A DNA stretch of 63,454 bases, filler included, from Diploschistes diacapsis (Eukaryota), in assembly GCA_023645945.1 (NCBI GenBank). It is 7 parts of 7 records of this genome, joined end to end, with 100 filler letters (N's around TTAATTAATTAA, not from the genome) between each part and the next. Parts side by side here need not be neighbours in the genome. Positions count along the whole stretch, not along the records: positions 27,277 to 36,251 come from JALAIB010001088.1; positions 36,352 to 45,324 come from JALAIB010001089.1; 5 more parts are not named here. One strand, 5' to 3'. The notes below the pieces were generated by a model. The model was not told the DNA's origin, ran no database searches, and saw only the letters and a program-made list of their open reading frames with translations. The translations under genes were made by a program, and so were the position numbers. This document shows positions 32,541 through 45,017 of this stretch, one piece after another; position 1 is the first letter of the stretch; the number at the start of each line of letters is the position of its first letter.

Positions 32541-35533
32541 TCAAGTTTCTGCGGGATCTATAGAATCGCCGCCAACTATCTTAACGTATCCCGGATCTCC
32601 TCGCACCAGACTTGCAGGGTCTTGTTTGACAGCTGAAAAGGAAGATACTTTACTTTCCCTTGAGCCCCATGCCCTGCCTTCTGCATTCTCCGTGCCCGCC
32701 TGCTTTGTCGTAGTCGGACCACGTATCTCAACGTTGCTTCTTGCCTCTCGCTTCAGGATTATAGGCGCCTTTGGTGGAGACCACTCCGAGCCTGTTCGAT
32801 GGTCTTGGCCCCGTGGAAAAGATTCAGGCGCTTCGAAAGTGTCGGCATCATCGAACGCTGACTTCTCACTCTTGATAGTAGGGTCCACCACAAAGGGCTC
32901 TTGGGTTGTTGTTGTTGTTGTTGTTGTTGTTGTGGTGGTGGTGGTAGCAGCAGCAGCAGCTAGGTCATCTGACCGGATTTCCCTTGCAAACTGCGTCTCC
33001 TCAAACTGAAGCGAGGCCGCATTAAAAGCAATCCATTTGCCGTTTCTTGCAATAGAATGTCCATTCCACAAAATCCTCTCCAGCCGCGGCGCGGTCATCG
33101 ATGGGAGTTCTAGGACCCGTTCCTCGTCGTCGACGTCCGCATCCGAGAACCAGGTGGCTGGGAAATGGCCTTCCATGAAGATTTGACCGCGCAGAACGAA
33201 ATCTTCGGGCAGCGGCCGCCCAATAAGACCTTCCGGGGGCTTGGGAAACTCCTGTCGAATGACAAGAGGCGTAATGGTCGTAGTGTTCGCGTGATGATTG
33301 AGGTGGTGGACGATCAAGTGCCAGGGAATGTTCCGCTCGATTAGTTGCATGGCGGGAGGGCTGCGAGCAATGTTGTTGATGAAGGCGAGGCAGGCATGGA
33401 CCATCGGCTGCACGTTCCTGTCGTGAGGACGTCGTAAAGCAACGGAAAGAAGAGCAAAGACCAGCTTGCACGCCTGCATGATGTTCCCCCTGGACATCTC
33501 AATCTCGTGGACCGTGAGCTCTTCGGGGGTAACGAACGACGCCGCCGCCGCAATCCCTTCCTCCTCCTGCCTCCGCCGTCTCAAGTCCTCGAATGCGCAT
33601 CTGATGAGAGATCGTGGCTGGCCTTTCGGTCTACAAGCGCCAAACTCCAACAGAGCGCCAAACGCAGCCAAGGTCGAGAACACGCCGATCTCTTTGAATT
33701 TGGCTCCGGCCCGCTCTATGTATCGGTTGAGCAAGCCTTGGTTGGCCAGTTGATCCACGCAGGCCTCGTATTCTTCCCCAACCCTTCCGGTGTAGAGGAA
33801 GGCAAGACATTTGGTAAGACTTCCTTCGACGGAATTCGGTTGGAACTGCGTTGGTCGCTGGGGGTTGAACACGGGACTGAAAAGAGTCAAGATGCTCGTC
33901 TTTGCTCCTTCGAACGGGACCATGGCCGTGAGCGAGCGGGTGTACAGGCTGAGCTGCTGTATCGTATACGGCCTAGCTAGGATCGCGAGATGATGATGGA
34001 GTCTCCCAACATGAGGGCTCTTGTCCGCTGCCTTGCCGTACCAGAATCTAGCGACCCCGCTCCAGACGTCCCTGTCCTTGACGTCTTCGTCGCCAATCGC
34101 CATCCGATACCTTCCAAGGTCCCCCAAGCATTCGATCCACGTATCTTCAAACGACGGTACCGTCTCGTAGAGCAGAGCCATCATCGAGTACGCAATATAG
34201 ATAAAGGCCAACATGTGATCCAAGGAGCCGGGCAGACGTAACCTCAGCACTTCCAGAAATGCGTGGATCCCGTGTTTCCACATGCGGGCTGGCATCGAGT
34301 ACTTTTCGGCAAGCTTCGTCAGCGCTGGCGAGGCAGAAGGATGCTGCGAGGCGAGAAAGAAATCATGATGCTCGTGCAAGAGTGTCTTGTGCAGCGCGAT
34401 AAGAGCAGACCACTGCTCGGGCGAAAGCTGCGTCCTCCTCGCAGGATTCCTTTCCTGTGCGGCGACCGTCTGCTTTGCATCAACATCGATGCACTTTGCT
34501 TCCACCATGACCAGACCCGCATATATCCCTTTGACCTCGTGCACGAGCTGTTCGTGCGAGATCGGACGTGTTTCCGGCTGAAGAAGCAGCTCCGGGTCGG
34601 TGTCCCAATCTTCCAGCGGCTCCGAATCCGGTTCGTACTGGTCAAGGTCAATGGGACTTAAGCTTTCGGTTTCTATAACGGGACTTCTCGGACGGAGAGC
34701 TAGAGTATCGATCGCTCCGGGCTGTGTTCCCGCTTTCGGATGCAGGTCGCGAGGGGGAAGGGCTGCTTCGTTGGCTTGTCTTGGAGACAGCGGTCTGTAA
34801 TCCGGTGAGGCGGCTGACGGTTTACTCCGTCCAAAGTTCGTACTATCTGACTTTGGGTCGAACAGTCTCCTCTCCGCCCGTTCAATCTTCTCGCCGTCTT
34901 TCACTCGCCTATTCTTTGGGGAGCCACGGCCTTCTCCCTGCACCTTGACCTCTTGGCTTTGGTTTGCTGGTCTTTTCAAAGGGTTCGGACTCGGGTTGTA
35001 TAGATCTTGAAGATGGTCAAATTTCTGCGTCAAGCTCAGTCGCTTCAAATCTTCCAACTTCGATTCCGGCTTAGACCCCACTGCAGAATGTGGCCTCGAT
35101 GGATTAGACAGAGACCCAGTATCCCCAACATTGAGCTTCATCGAATCCATTGAAGACCGCTTTGATATCTCCGATGGAGGGTTCAGCGTCGGCTTGATGG
35201 GTGATATTTGTTTTCTGGACCTCAAAATCAATCAGATCTACCTTTCACTTCTCTGATACTCGGCCCTTTGTTCCGAGCTGGGACAGTGCGAGTGCAGGAT
35301 CAATCGATCACATACGTTTTATCCTTTGCCTCCTCGAGTGTCTTCTTCCAAAGCGGGCCATCGGTGGCGTCGCTCACAAGCTCAGGGTGCATTATGGTGG
35401 CATGCTCTAATAATTTGGCTGCATCTGCTATCAACGCGCCGTCCCAACATTTCGGACATTTTAGAGGCCGCGAATTTTCCCTCTGACAGCCTTGCATACG
35501 TCTGGCTATAAAATGAGGTTTCTCCGTGCTCAT
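32541..35533 (-). CDS. Est1/SMG6-like DNA/RNA-binding domain protein, probably with an N-terminal C2H2-like exon
   Basis: Main 896-aa ORF with ETRPISHEQLVHEVKGIYAGLVMVEAKC, LHKTLLHEHHDFFLASQHPSAS, WIECLGDLGRYRMAI, GRLHHHLAILA, RPLPEDFVLRG. An upstream exon at 35533-~35315 (CPKC..H...H) is followed by a GTATGT donor; the exact 5' splicing is uncertain. Confidence 0.8.
32905..32961. repeat. Coding trinucleotide repeat (GTT/GTG then GCA on the + strand) giving poly-Ala/poly-Thr in the Est1-like protein
   Basis: Encodes AAAAATTTTTTTTTTTTTT on the minus strand. Confidence 0.9.
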
Positions 35534-36251
35534 CCTGCCAAAGTTTGTTTTATAAATAATAAAAATAAATATAAAATATAAATAAGTTTTCTTTTAAAAA
35601 GAGATGGGAAGCCGGAGAGCAACAAATGTATAATGTTCCTGACCGGTTTTTAGGCAACTCTGTAGTCGAAACAATGAGCAAACTCGTTGAAGGGTTGTCC
35701 AACATACCTTCAGTTTGCTGATTTGACGGCCGCATAAGGTCCTGTTGGTTAGGCTGGGAATACAGCTGCAGCGAAACTGGAGAGGAGGTTCCTGTGATCA
35801 CGACGTTTATTTTGATTTGGGGAATATCAGAATCGCATCGCAACTATTCATTCAATCAAGGAAAGCTCCGGGAGGACTTGGAGACGAAAGGGCTACCGAT
35901 AAGTAGTTTATATAATTTATACAGAATAAAATGTTCTGTGAAATCAAGGCAATTAATTCTTCATGCAGCATAATTGCCTTCTTCACCCTGATGCCTAACC
36001 TAACGCCTTTGCTTTGTCTGGTTGCGTGGTTAACAGTCGGGTAGGGTGGCCTGTAGTTGGTTTATTAATAACCTGCCTGATGCACACTGCTACTACTCTA
36101 CATGCATTTACAGAGTAGACTGCTTATAAAAATATTAAATAATGAATCGATACATTGCTGCCCTCCCCACATCGGCTTGCGGAGCTGAACGCGATCAAAG
36201 CAAGAGAGCAAAACCACCCAGGAAAGAGGCAGATGCGATAAAACCCAACCC

Positions 36252-36351
36252 NNNNNNNNNNNNNNNNNNNNNNNNNNNNNNNNNNNNNNNNNNNNTTAAT
36301 TAATTAANNNNNNNNNNNNNNNNNNNNNNNNNNNNNNNNNNNNNNNNNNNN
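36252..36351. other. Artificial contig linker
   Basis: N44-TTAATTAATTAA-N44. Confidence 0.98.
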
Positions 36352-36414
36352 ATTATATATTCTTTATCTCGACAGTATCTTAAGTTTATATATATAGAAT
36401 AGAAGGGATGCTTA

Positions 36415-37692
36415 CAGTACTAGTCCAAAAGTAATGGTCCCTCGGTTAAATCGGTGCCAATAAACAATAAATGCCTACTATTATTTCTACAATAATGCCA
36501 CCATATCGTCGTTTGAAGCTCTGGGAGCGTTCTGAGCTTATAGGCGCATACAGATCAGATACTATCCTAAAAAATACAACCAATAAGCTAAATATTCCTT
36601 ATTCTACAACCAAAAAGACAATAGCAAAGGTTTCAAAGCGTAATAAAGACCAAGATAATCTAAAACGCTCCGGAAGACCTCGAACAACATCCAAAAATCA
36701 AAAAAATAAACTCTATCGAACGGCCAGACGCCATCCAGAATCTAAATAATCTAAATTGCTCGATATCTCGTCTAACAGCAAAAATACAGTGCGCCGAAGA
36801 TTCCGCGACATCGACCCCTCTTTCAAAAAATATAAAATACGGTAAAAACCACATTTAAAACCTAAAGATACGGAAAAACGCCTAAGGCACTCCCGAATAC
36901 ACCGAACTTAACGCGCCGAGGATTTTACTAATATTTGATTCACCGACGAGTGCTCCATAGCAATAAGAAGTAATAAAATACGAAAATGGATATAAAGACA
37001 TATAAAAGAACAATAGCTTCCCGATCACCTAATAAAAACGACTAAAAATAAAAAAAGTATCATACTTTAAACTAATATGAAAGCCGATAAACGCGTCGTG
37101 TAATATTTCTTCGAAGATTACTACACAAATGGACGAAATACTACCGCCGAGGCTTATTATGCTTTACTAAAAGATATTTTGCCCCAAATCTACGAACCTG
37201 GGCAAGGTTTTTTGCAGGATAATACTCCTATACACACTACAAACGCTACTAAAACGTTTTTAAAGAGTCTCGGCGTCTAGGTTCTCGATTATCCACTATA
37301 TAGTTTAAATTTAAACGCTATAAAGCATCTTTGGCCTAAATTAAAAAAGAAGGTATTTCGGCTTCATCCAGAACTTAAAACAATACGTAAAAGCAAAGAC
37401 AATAAGAAACAAGCTTTAAAAGCTGTTATTATCGAGACATTTGGTCAAATTACGGTAGATAGGGAGTAGGATTTGTTTGCTCGATTAATCTACTCGATGC
37501 TTACGCGAATTCAGGCTGTATACGACGCGCAGGGGTGACAAACAAAGTATTAATAAATACTACGAATAAAAGGCATCAAAATGATCTAAAAAGCGCATTT
37601 ATAGGACATTATTTGAGTACGCATCGCATCTCCAAAGTTAGTGATGTCTACTATAATTTAGGTAGGGACCATTACTTTTGGCACGTGACTTG
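36415..37692 (+). mobile_element. Tc1/mariner (Tc1/impala-like, DD34E) DNA transposon, full length, inactivated
   Basis: TA at both flanks (36413-14 and 37693-94). Perfect 18-bp TIR core CCAAAAGTAATGGTCCCT at 36425-36442, inverted at 37664-37681. Contains a transposase relic. Confidence 0.92.
36495..37553 (+). pseudogene. Tc1-like transposase, 352 codons in one frame with many premature stops
   Basis: MPPYRRLKLWERSELIG, RSGRPRTTS (HTH linker), I*FTDECS (D1 at 36945), FLQDNTPIH (D2 at 37218), YPLYSLNLNAIKHLW (degenerate PPYSPDLNxIExLW; the catalytic E lies 35 codons after D2 and now reads AAG), G*QTKY*. Confidence 0.9.
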
Positions 37693-39598
37693 TAGACATA
37701 GGTATTCTCCGTTGAACGACAGGAGGACTGTAGGCAGAAATACAGAGAATCAATTGCTGTCATCAAAAGAGACTCCACTGTACTCGTTCTCTCCCTGCAT
37801 AGTGCAGCTGCTGCCTGATTTCAAATTCTTGTCCTCGAACGTATGTGCTGCTGCTTCTTCTCCCTCCAGCTCTTTGCTCGAAGCTGACAGCATCACGGCC
37901 TTCTATATTCATGCCCTCCCTCCTCCTGCCTTCTCCACCCAACTGTTGCTTAAGATATTCCTTGTCACGTCCACAACCACACTTTGTTCTTCATACACAC
38001 TATTCAGCTTCCAACCCGATAACTTCGACTCGTTACACTGCTCTCGAACTATAGTGTCGCTTTGGACTCACGTGCAAAGAGCTGCTCAACGACAAGAAGC
38101 TCAGAGAACACCGAATGCTACGGAGAAAGCTATTCGGGCTGCCACCAACCCAGAAACCCTAAAGACGGCTTTCTCTTTCGATTGATTTCTCCCGATACAC
38201 CATTCTTGGCTCTCACTCAGACCATCTACTAACCTGCAAAGGCTCGTCCATTAGAAGAGCAGGGGTTTCGATAAGGACAACCCCACACAGCGCCATTAGG
38301 CTCGCCCTGGGAAGAGAGACCGGCGAGCGAAGATCATGGGATATTTCAACATCATCGGGTATGCAAGCCGTCACTAAGACCTCTTTGGTGTGCCGCCTAG
38401 CTCTCACTCATACAATCTCCTGACCTGTAAAGACCGGCGAGGGAAGATCATAGGATTTTTCGATAGTATTAGGTATGTGAGTTGTAAAGAGGTCGTAGGA
38501 GCCTCTGCTTCATCCACTGTGTTCTTTCGAGCCTTGATAGAGAAGAGCCTTCCAAACAGGCCTTTATCGAGGAGATGAGCTCGAAGCAGCCCACCAGCTT
38601 GCAATCGCTGAGACTGGAGAACTGGCCATCAACCAACAATGCGACCATGTTTCACGCACAGAATGCACAGACCGCATACCAATGGGTCAGCAGCTCAAGA
38701 TCACCAAGATGAGACTCCGCAGGCTGACCCGAGTATGATCTGAATATGAGAAATGCCGTCGTGAAGCTGGCGTTGATCCTCGACACACGTGTTGGAGTCG
38801 CGTTGGCAACTGGAAGCTTGTTCTCTAGTCCTTGACCTTCCAGCAACCGATTTTCATCAATCAATCGAATGAAGAAGCCAGCGTTTATCCTTGATACACT
38901 CGAGGAAGCCGGCAGCGGCAGTCTGGGTCCTCGACCACATCTCCTCCTCCACTTTCCGCCAGTGAAAACTTGCCAATCGACTGAACGAAGACCTCCCCGG
39001 TGTAACAACGAGATGCTCAAGCTAGAGGAGAGCGAGACCCTCGGTGTCGAAGCCGGGGGGGAGAGCATTTGTGACGCTCCTCTCGTTACTCCAGGTATAC
39101 TAGTCTCGCGGCATCGACATGACTGAGCCCGGAGGAACATCGAACTTGTTCTACGACACGAACGACATAGATCTTGATCGAAACACCATCAAGAAGATGG
39201 AGATCGGCCACGATCCTTTTCGCTTGGCCAAACAAAGCTAAGGTCGGGGAAACCCATCCTTGCTCTCCAGATGATCAAGGAAGAATTGGCCGAAATGGGC
39301 ATTGAGCTTGCGCTGGCGTCGCCATTGTTAGTACTTAAGATAGCTTAAGCTATCACACCACACGAAAGATTTCCAGTATTCACTATTGGAAGAAAGGAAT
39401 CGGGTGGTAGCCGATCCTTCAGACTTCCACGAACCTACCGAACACAATCTAAGACCTGACTAGGAGCGTTCCTTGCAGTGGATGCGGGCAAGGGATTGTG
39501 GGAACTCCTTTGGGTTCCATTTGTTCTTTGTCGTTGTCTTTTTGAAGCTCACAGCATATGCATAGAACTGTCTAGTACAGCCTTAACGTTCATTTCAC

Positions 39599-41394
39599 TC
39601 AATCATCGTCGTCGCTATCATCCGCACTTTCCCAGTCTTCAATGTAGGTCTCTGCAATTTCGCCGAGGCTGTTGATCAGTGATTCTTTCTCTTCACCCCC
39701 AAGATCCATGCCAATACGAGCGTCAATCCCCATTGGCAGTGAACGTACCCACCTTGAAATCGAGGATGAGGTCGTTAAAGAGGCGCAAACGGGTAACCCC
39801 CTTGCTCCAGAGTGGTTTGTGGAGAAGATTTTCGGAAAGGTGTGTAGCAGTGGGTAGTCTAGTGGTACAAAGTGCCTGATGGTTGATGAGAGACAATACT
39901 AACAGGGGTAGACAAATACTTACTTCTCAAGCAGAAGTCCGCTTTTAGAGGGGAGGTTTTCCTCTCCCAAGTACGCTCGACGTGATCCATCAGCACTGCA
40001 GCGGAAGGTTTCGATCCTTGCAAAAGTTTTGTTGCGTGGTGGCGTTTGAGTACGTGAGCCGGACGGACCAGCGTCAGGGGATAGATTAATCTTGAGAGCT
40101 TGGAGACTGTCGTCTTCTCCGTCTTCGTGTACGTCAGGCTTCTGGACTGTGATACCCTCCTCTTCAATTGCAAAGTCGGGATGGAAAGCGAGAGCCGCTA
40201 TACCCCTTTTCCCTCCACTACTGAGTTTATCCTGCCAGTCTAACATGGTGGGGGATCTCGCCTCAATTTCTTTCAGCCTTGTCGGCATTGTCACGCTTTC
40301 CACGGCCGCACTAAGAAATCCGGCCGTATGCCATAGGGAAGACCGGTCAAGGTCTACCTCGGACAACAATCGCTTCGGAAGAGCTAAGGGAACGAACATG
40401 GAGGCCTGCTCTGAGAAACTAGTGACAGCAAGAGCAACATTCGTTCTTCGTTCTCGATGTTGAGCTATCGAGGCCTGATGATCAGACCCGAAGGCTGCCA
40501 AATCTGCTGTAGTGTCGATTCCCCAAACCCAGATGCAACCCTTACCAAGCTCATCGCGTAGTTTCTCGACGTACTTTGAGGCAAAGCCAGACCAAGCATC
40601 ATCGGTTGATGTAAAGATCTGAACTGCTTGCAAGCTGTCCGTTTCCTCAATCCAGTGTCTAATGTCTTCGTCTAACACGTCTACTTCGGCATCGCGCGTT
40701 GCGAATAGGTCAGCCCCTGCCTCGAAACTAGAGAAACGTGAGGTCAAAGTCGGGCTGGCGGATGATGAAGCCTGGTTGTTTGAGTTGGCCGCCCTATCGA
40801 AGATGGGTGACGGCGGAAGAACAGGGCATAGGCTTCGAGGATGATAATAAGTTGATGCAAAGTCTGCAAAATAATGGGTTGTGGAGGTTGTGGGCAAGAC
40901 TGGTTCAGCGCCGTTCAGAAGGGAGCGTGCGTACGGCGATGGCTCATACTGTGGAGCTGTGTTTAATCGTTTCACAGATCCGTTCCTTTAGAGTTTTATG
41001 AATGAGCATGAAAATGGGACTGAAGAGAACCGCCACTTCTTTTAATGCGGCTATGAGAAGCTAGGCACACGAGATCTGGAACGCGGAAGACAGTGCCGAA
41101 TTGGGCAGAAAGAATCACTTACCATAAAGCATCTGTATTTACTGTGTCCAAGACAGCTCCGAGTCCATTGACCCTTGCAAGGCTTCCAAATCCTGCCTTG
41201 AGATCATATATTAGAGTTCGTGGGAGGAAAGTCTCGGTTCCGTCAGGACTGATACCTTGTCGAAAATGGATATCATGGTTCACAATAGAGGGAGGATCAG
41301 GGGCGAAAGTATGATATGATTCTTGAGCATTCCAGAAATGAGTACATAGGTAATTGGCTCTTCGGCCCAGCTGCAGCGTGACTACCTCATGCAT
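39599..41394 (-). CDS. DML1: Misato/DML1 tubulin-like protein, multi-exon
   Basis: [118 protein letters not shown]. Acidic terminus [20 protein letters not shown] at 39599. Confidence 0.92.
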
Positions 41395-42164
41395 TCTGCC
41401 AGAACAAATACGTTCTAGATGCGTAGCATTACGTCTTATTTGCCCAGATTTAAGGACTGTGATTGATACTCATAAACAAACAGAATGCGTGAATCCGCTC
41501 CTTTGAGCAACAAAAATGGTTAATTCAAAGATTTAGCAAGAAAGCAAGAGAGGTCGTTCTCCACCATGAGGTTGCCTGCATCTATGAATCAGTAACCATT
41601 CCAAGATTGGGCCAACTTTGCAAAATGTGAGTTGAACTGTATCAGAAATTCGCACTGTGTCTCCAACAAGGAGTCAGAACAGGTCTGTGATATAATATTT
41701 GGCAGTCTCATCATAATATACTCAAAATAATCACACTTAGCACTTGAGATGACTTACTTTTGAAAACCACTATCGCTTTTAGATATTTAGTGACAGCTAG
41801 CTAGGATCAAATCGCACCAAGTAGAGCTTTGAGTCAGCTTTCTCGCATCCTCCTACACTGAGTACGCAGGTATTTTCGGATACGAGGGTATTTCGAGTGT
41901 AGAAAAAATCTCTGTGAGAGTGCTTAATAGAATTTGACGGCCAGACGTTGATAAAAATCCGCAGCTCTTCAGCCCTACGGAAGCTCCTTTATGAAATGTG
42001 TCCTCATGCGGCAAGAAATGATGTCTGCTACATTCTCTATATTTGTTCTTAACGCCCCTTTCCTTCTCTTCCTAACCTTTTCTAAGTTATAGCTACTTCA
42101 TACCTGCCGCATGTACCGCGCATTCACCCTCGAACCAAGCCAAGCTACCCCCTCGACCTTCATA

Positions 42165-45017
42165 ATGCCTCCGCCAGGCCGCCGGCGCATATCCGCTCTC
42201 TCGCTCTTTGTCGTCTTCGCCTGCCTGTTCACCTCCACCATCGCAGCGTCTTCAGTTCTCGGTATAGACTTGGGTACTGAATACTTGAAAGCGGCATTGG
42301 TGAAGCCGGGCATACCCCTCGAGATTGTCCTAACCAAAGATTCGCGGCGGAAAGAGGGAGCCGCTGTTGCTTTCAAGCCTGTTTCCTCCAAATCCGACTC
42401 GTCGCAAGGAATATTCCCAGAGCGACTTTATGGGGCGGATGCGCTGGCACTCTCTGCAAGGTTCCCGGGGGATGTCTATCTCAACATCAAGCCGCTCTTG
42501 GGTCAGAAAGAGGCACGTAACCCGACCGTTAGCCAATTTTCGAAGCGACACCCGGGTCTACAGGTAGCATCATGCAAAAGTGGCAGCGTCTGCTTTCAGA
42601 GCGATACCTTTGTCCCAACGGAAACTCCTTTCACAGTAGAAGAACTACTAGCGATGCAGTTGCAAAATATCCGGACAAACGCCGAGGTGTTCGCGGGTAA
42701 AGGCAGTATCATCAAGGATGCTGTTCTCACGGTCCCAGCCTTCTATACCGCTGAAGAAAAGCAGGCGGTGATCTTGGCGGCGGAGCTTGCCGGTATCAAC
42801 GTTCTTTCACTTACCACAGACGGACTGGCTGTTGGTATAAATTATGCGACTTCAAGGACATTCCCCATCATCAATGAAGGCGGCAAACCAGAACACCACA
42901 TGGTCTACGATATGGGTGCAGGATCATCAACAGCAACCATTATGAGGTTTCAAGGAAAGTCAGTCAAAGATGTTGGTAGGTTTAACAAGACAGTCCAAGA
43001 AGTGAGCGTACTTGGTGCTGGATGGGATCGCTCTCTCGGGGGTGATGCACTCAACTACTTGATCCTGGAGGACATGGTCTCCCAACTCGCCGATACCAAA
43101 CAAGTGAAGGCACTAGGTGCCAACAAAGAAGATATCACGGCACATGCAAGGACTATCGCGAAAATGTGGAAAGAGGCGGAACGGATGAGACAGGTTCTTA
43201 GCGCCAATACTGCGACGCAAGCTAGCTTCGAGGGTCTTTATCACGAGGACGTGAATTTCAAATACAAGCTTACCCGATCTTCCTTTGAAGACATGGCCGC
43301 CGCGTTCGAGGATAGAGTAAAGTATCCAGTTCTCCAGGCATTGGAAATGGCGAAGTTAGATATTGGTGATATTGACTCGGTCATCCTTCATGGTGGTGCT
43401 GTTAGGACTCCGTTCGTGCAGAAGGCACTTGAATCCATCGTTGGGAGATCTGAGAAGCTACGGACCAACGTAAACTCGGATGAAGCTGCAGCATTTGGGG
43501 CCGCCTTCAAAGCCGCAGGAATCAGCCCGAGTTTCCGTGTGAAGGAAATCCGGACTAGCGAAGCGGGCATTATGCCGGCGACAATGTCATGGGTTTCTGA
43601 TGGAAAAGAAAGGCAGCAAAGGCTGTTCATACCCACATCATCCACTGGATCTGAGAAGCAAACTCCCATGAGGTCTCTTGAGGACTTCTCTTTCAGCTTT
43701 AGCCAGCAAGTCCCTGAGGGAACCGATTCAATCAGGACCATTCCGCTCACACGGGTTCAGACGAAGAATCTTACAGCCTCAGTGAAAGAACTAACTGATG
43801 AGTACGGGTGCGAACTCGGAGACATCTCAACACAATTCTCAATCCGATTGAGCCCAGTCGATACTTTACCCGAAGTAACGAGCGGGTCCGTCAGCTGCGA
43901 GGTTCTTGAGAAGAGGGGTGTTGTCGACAACGTCAAGGGTCTTTTTGGTTTTGGCTCAAAGAAAGATGGGCAAGAAGTTCTTTCGGACGACGAGACGGAA
44001 GTTCTACAAGCAGAGACTGATACATCCTCTGCGGCATCAACTGCTGACCCCAAAACGACGGGTACTGCAACCGAAGCGGAGGAGAAGAAAAAATCACTGG
44101 AGAAGAAGAAGATCGTAATAAAAGTTGGATACACAGAGTTAGCCGCCTCACCCTCGATCAGCGATACCGACTTTGAGCGCATCAAGAGTCGCTTGAAGGC
44201 CTTTGATGCGTCAGACAAAGACCGCAAAAAGCGAGAGGAGGCGCTCAATACTCTTGAAGGATATACCTACAGGGTGCGTGACCTCCTTGACAATGAAGCC
44301 TTCATTGCAGTCTCTACTGAGAGACAGAGGTCTGAAATCGAGGCTAAGAACAAAGCGGCCAGTGAATGGCTGTACGGAGATGGCGCCGATGCCAAGACTT
44401 CTGAATTCAGGAAGCGATTGAGGGAATTACAAGACTTTGTGAAGCCCATTGAAACCAGGAAAGAGGAAGCCGTCACGAGACCGGAACAGATCAAGACTTT
44501 GAGGGAGTCTATTGAGCAAACGAGGAATTTCGTTAGCATGCTTAAGGAGTCGGCTCAGAAGGCCTCTATCGCCGCCGCTGACGGGACGGTATCAGCAACG
44601 CCTGCCGCCGATAAATTGGATGAGCTAGATGATGACCCAGTCGTGGCAACAACATCATCAACACCCCCTATCCCAGAAATGCCCGTCTATTCCGAAGAAG
44701 AGCTCGCGTCTCTGACGTCAGCCTACGGAGTGGTTGAGGAATGGCTCGACGATAAGATAGTCGCTCAAAATAGGCTGAGACGTTCCGATGATCCAGTTCT
44801 ATTAACAAAGGACCTGACCGCGAAGGGCGAGGAACTCAACAAAATGCTTGTAGAAGCCCTGTCAAAACAGATGAGCGATAACAAAAAAGCCAATGGCTCG
44901 AGCTCCAAATCGAAATCCAGTTCAAAGTCGAAATCAAAGAACAATGCAAAGACGTCCTCGACGGCGACAACGGAAACTGAAGCGAAGCCAAGTGGAGAGG
45001 TCAAGGATGAGTTGTAA
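42165..45017 (+). CDS. LHS1: ER Hsp70-family nucleotide exchange factor Lhs1/Grp170 (HYOU1)
   Basis: Signal peptide after MPPPGRRR; VLGIDLGTEYLKAALVKPGIPLEIVLTKDSRRKE; VYDMGAGS; VILHGGAVRTPFVQKAL; REEALNTLEGYTYRVRDLL; C-terminal KDEL. An alternative upstream ATG exists at 42111. Confidence 0.94.
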   Translation: MPPPGRRRISALSLFVVFACLFTSTIAASSVLGIDLGTEYLKAALVKPGIPLEIVLTKDSRRKEGAAVAFKPVSSKSDSSQGIFPERLYGADALALSARFPGDVYLNIKPLLGQKEARNPTVSQFSKRHPGLQVASCKSGSVCFQSDTFVPTETPFTVEELLAMQLQNIRTNAEVFAGKGSIIKDAVLTVPAFYTAEEKQAVILAAELAGINVLSLTTDGLAVGINYATSRTFPIINEGGKPEHHMVYDMGAGSSTATIMRFQGKSVKDVGRFNKTVQEVSVLGAGWDRSLGGDALNYLILEDMVSQLADTKQVKALGANKEDITAHARTIAKMWKEAERMRQVLSANTATQASFEGLYHEDVNFKYKLTRSSFEDMAAAFEDRVKYPVLQALEMAKLDIGDIDSVILHGGAVRTPFVQKALESIVGRSEKLRTNVNSDEAAAFGAAFKAAGISPSFRVKEIRTSEAGIMPATMSWVSDGKERQQRLFIPTSSTGSEKQTPMRSLEDFSFSFSQQVPEGTDSIRTIPLTRVQTKNLTASVKELTDEYGCELGDISTQFSIRLSPVDTLPEVTSGSVSCEVLEKRGVVDNVKGLFGFGSKKDGQEVLSDDETEVLQAETDTSSAASTADPKTTGTATEAEEKKKSLEKKKIVIKVGYTELAASPSISDTDFERIKSRLKAFDASDKDRKKREEALNTLEGYTYRVRDLLDNEAFIAVSTERQRSEIEAKNKAASEWLYGDGADAKTSEFRKRLRELQDFVKPIETRKEEAVTRPEQIKTLRESIEQTRNFVSMLKESAQKASIAAADGTVSATPAADKLDELDDDPVVATTSSTPPIPEMPVYSEEELASLTSAYGVVEEWLDDKIVAQNRLRRSDDPVLLTKDLTAKGEELNKMLVEALSKQMSDNKKANGSSSKSKSSSKSKSKNNAKTSSTATTETEAKPSGEVKDEL

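Noticed and set aside
41940..42010. UPRE-like motif (ATGTGTCCT) upstream of LHS1
   Set aside because: Only a partial match to HacA-type sites; too short to support without conservation data.
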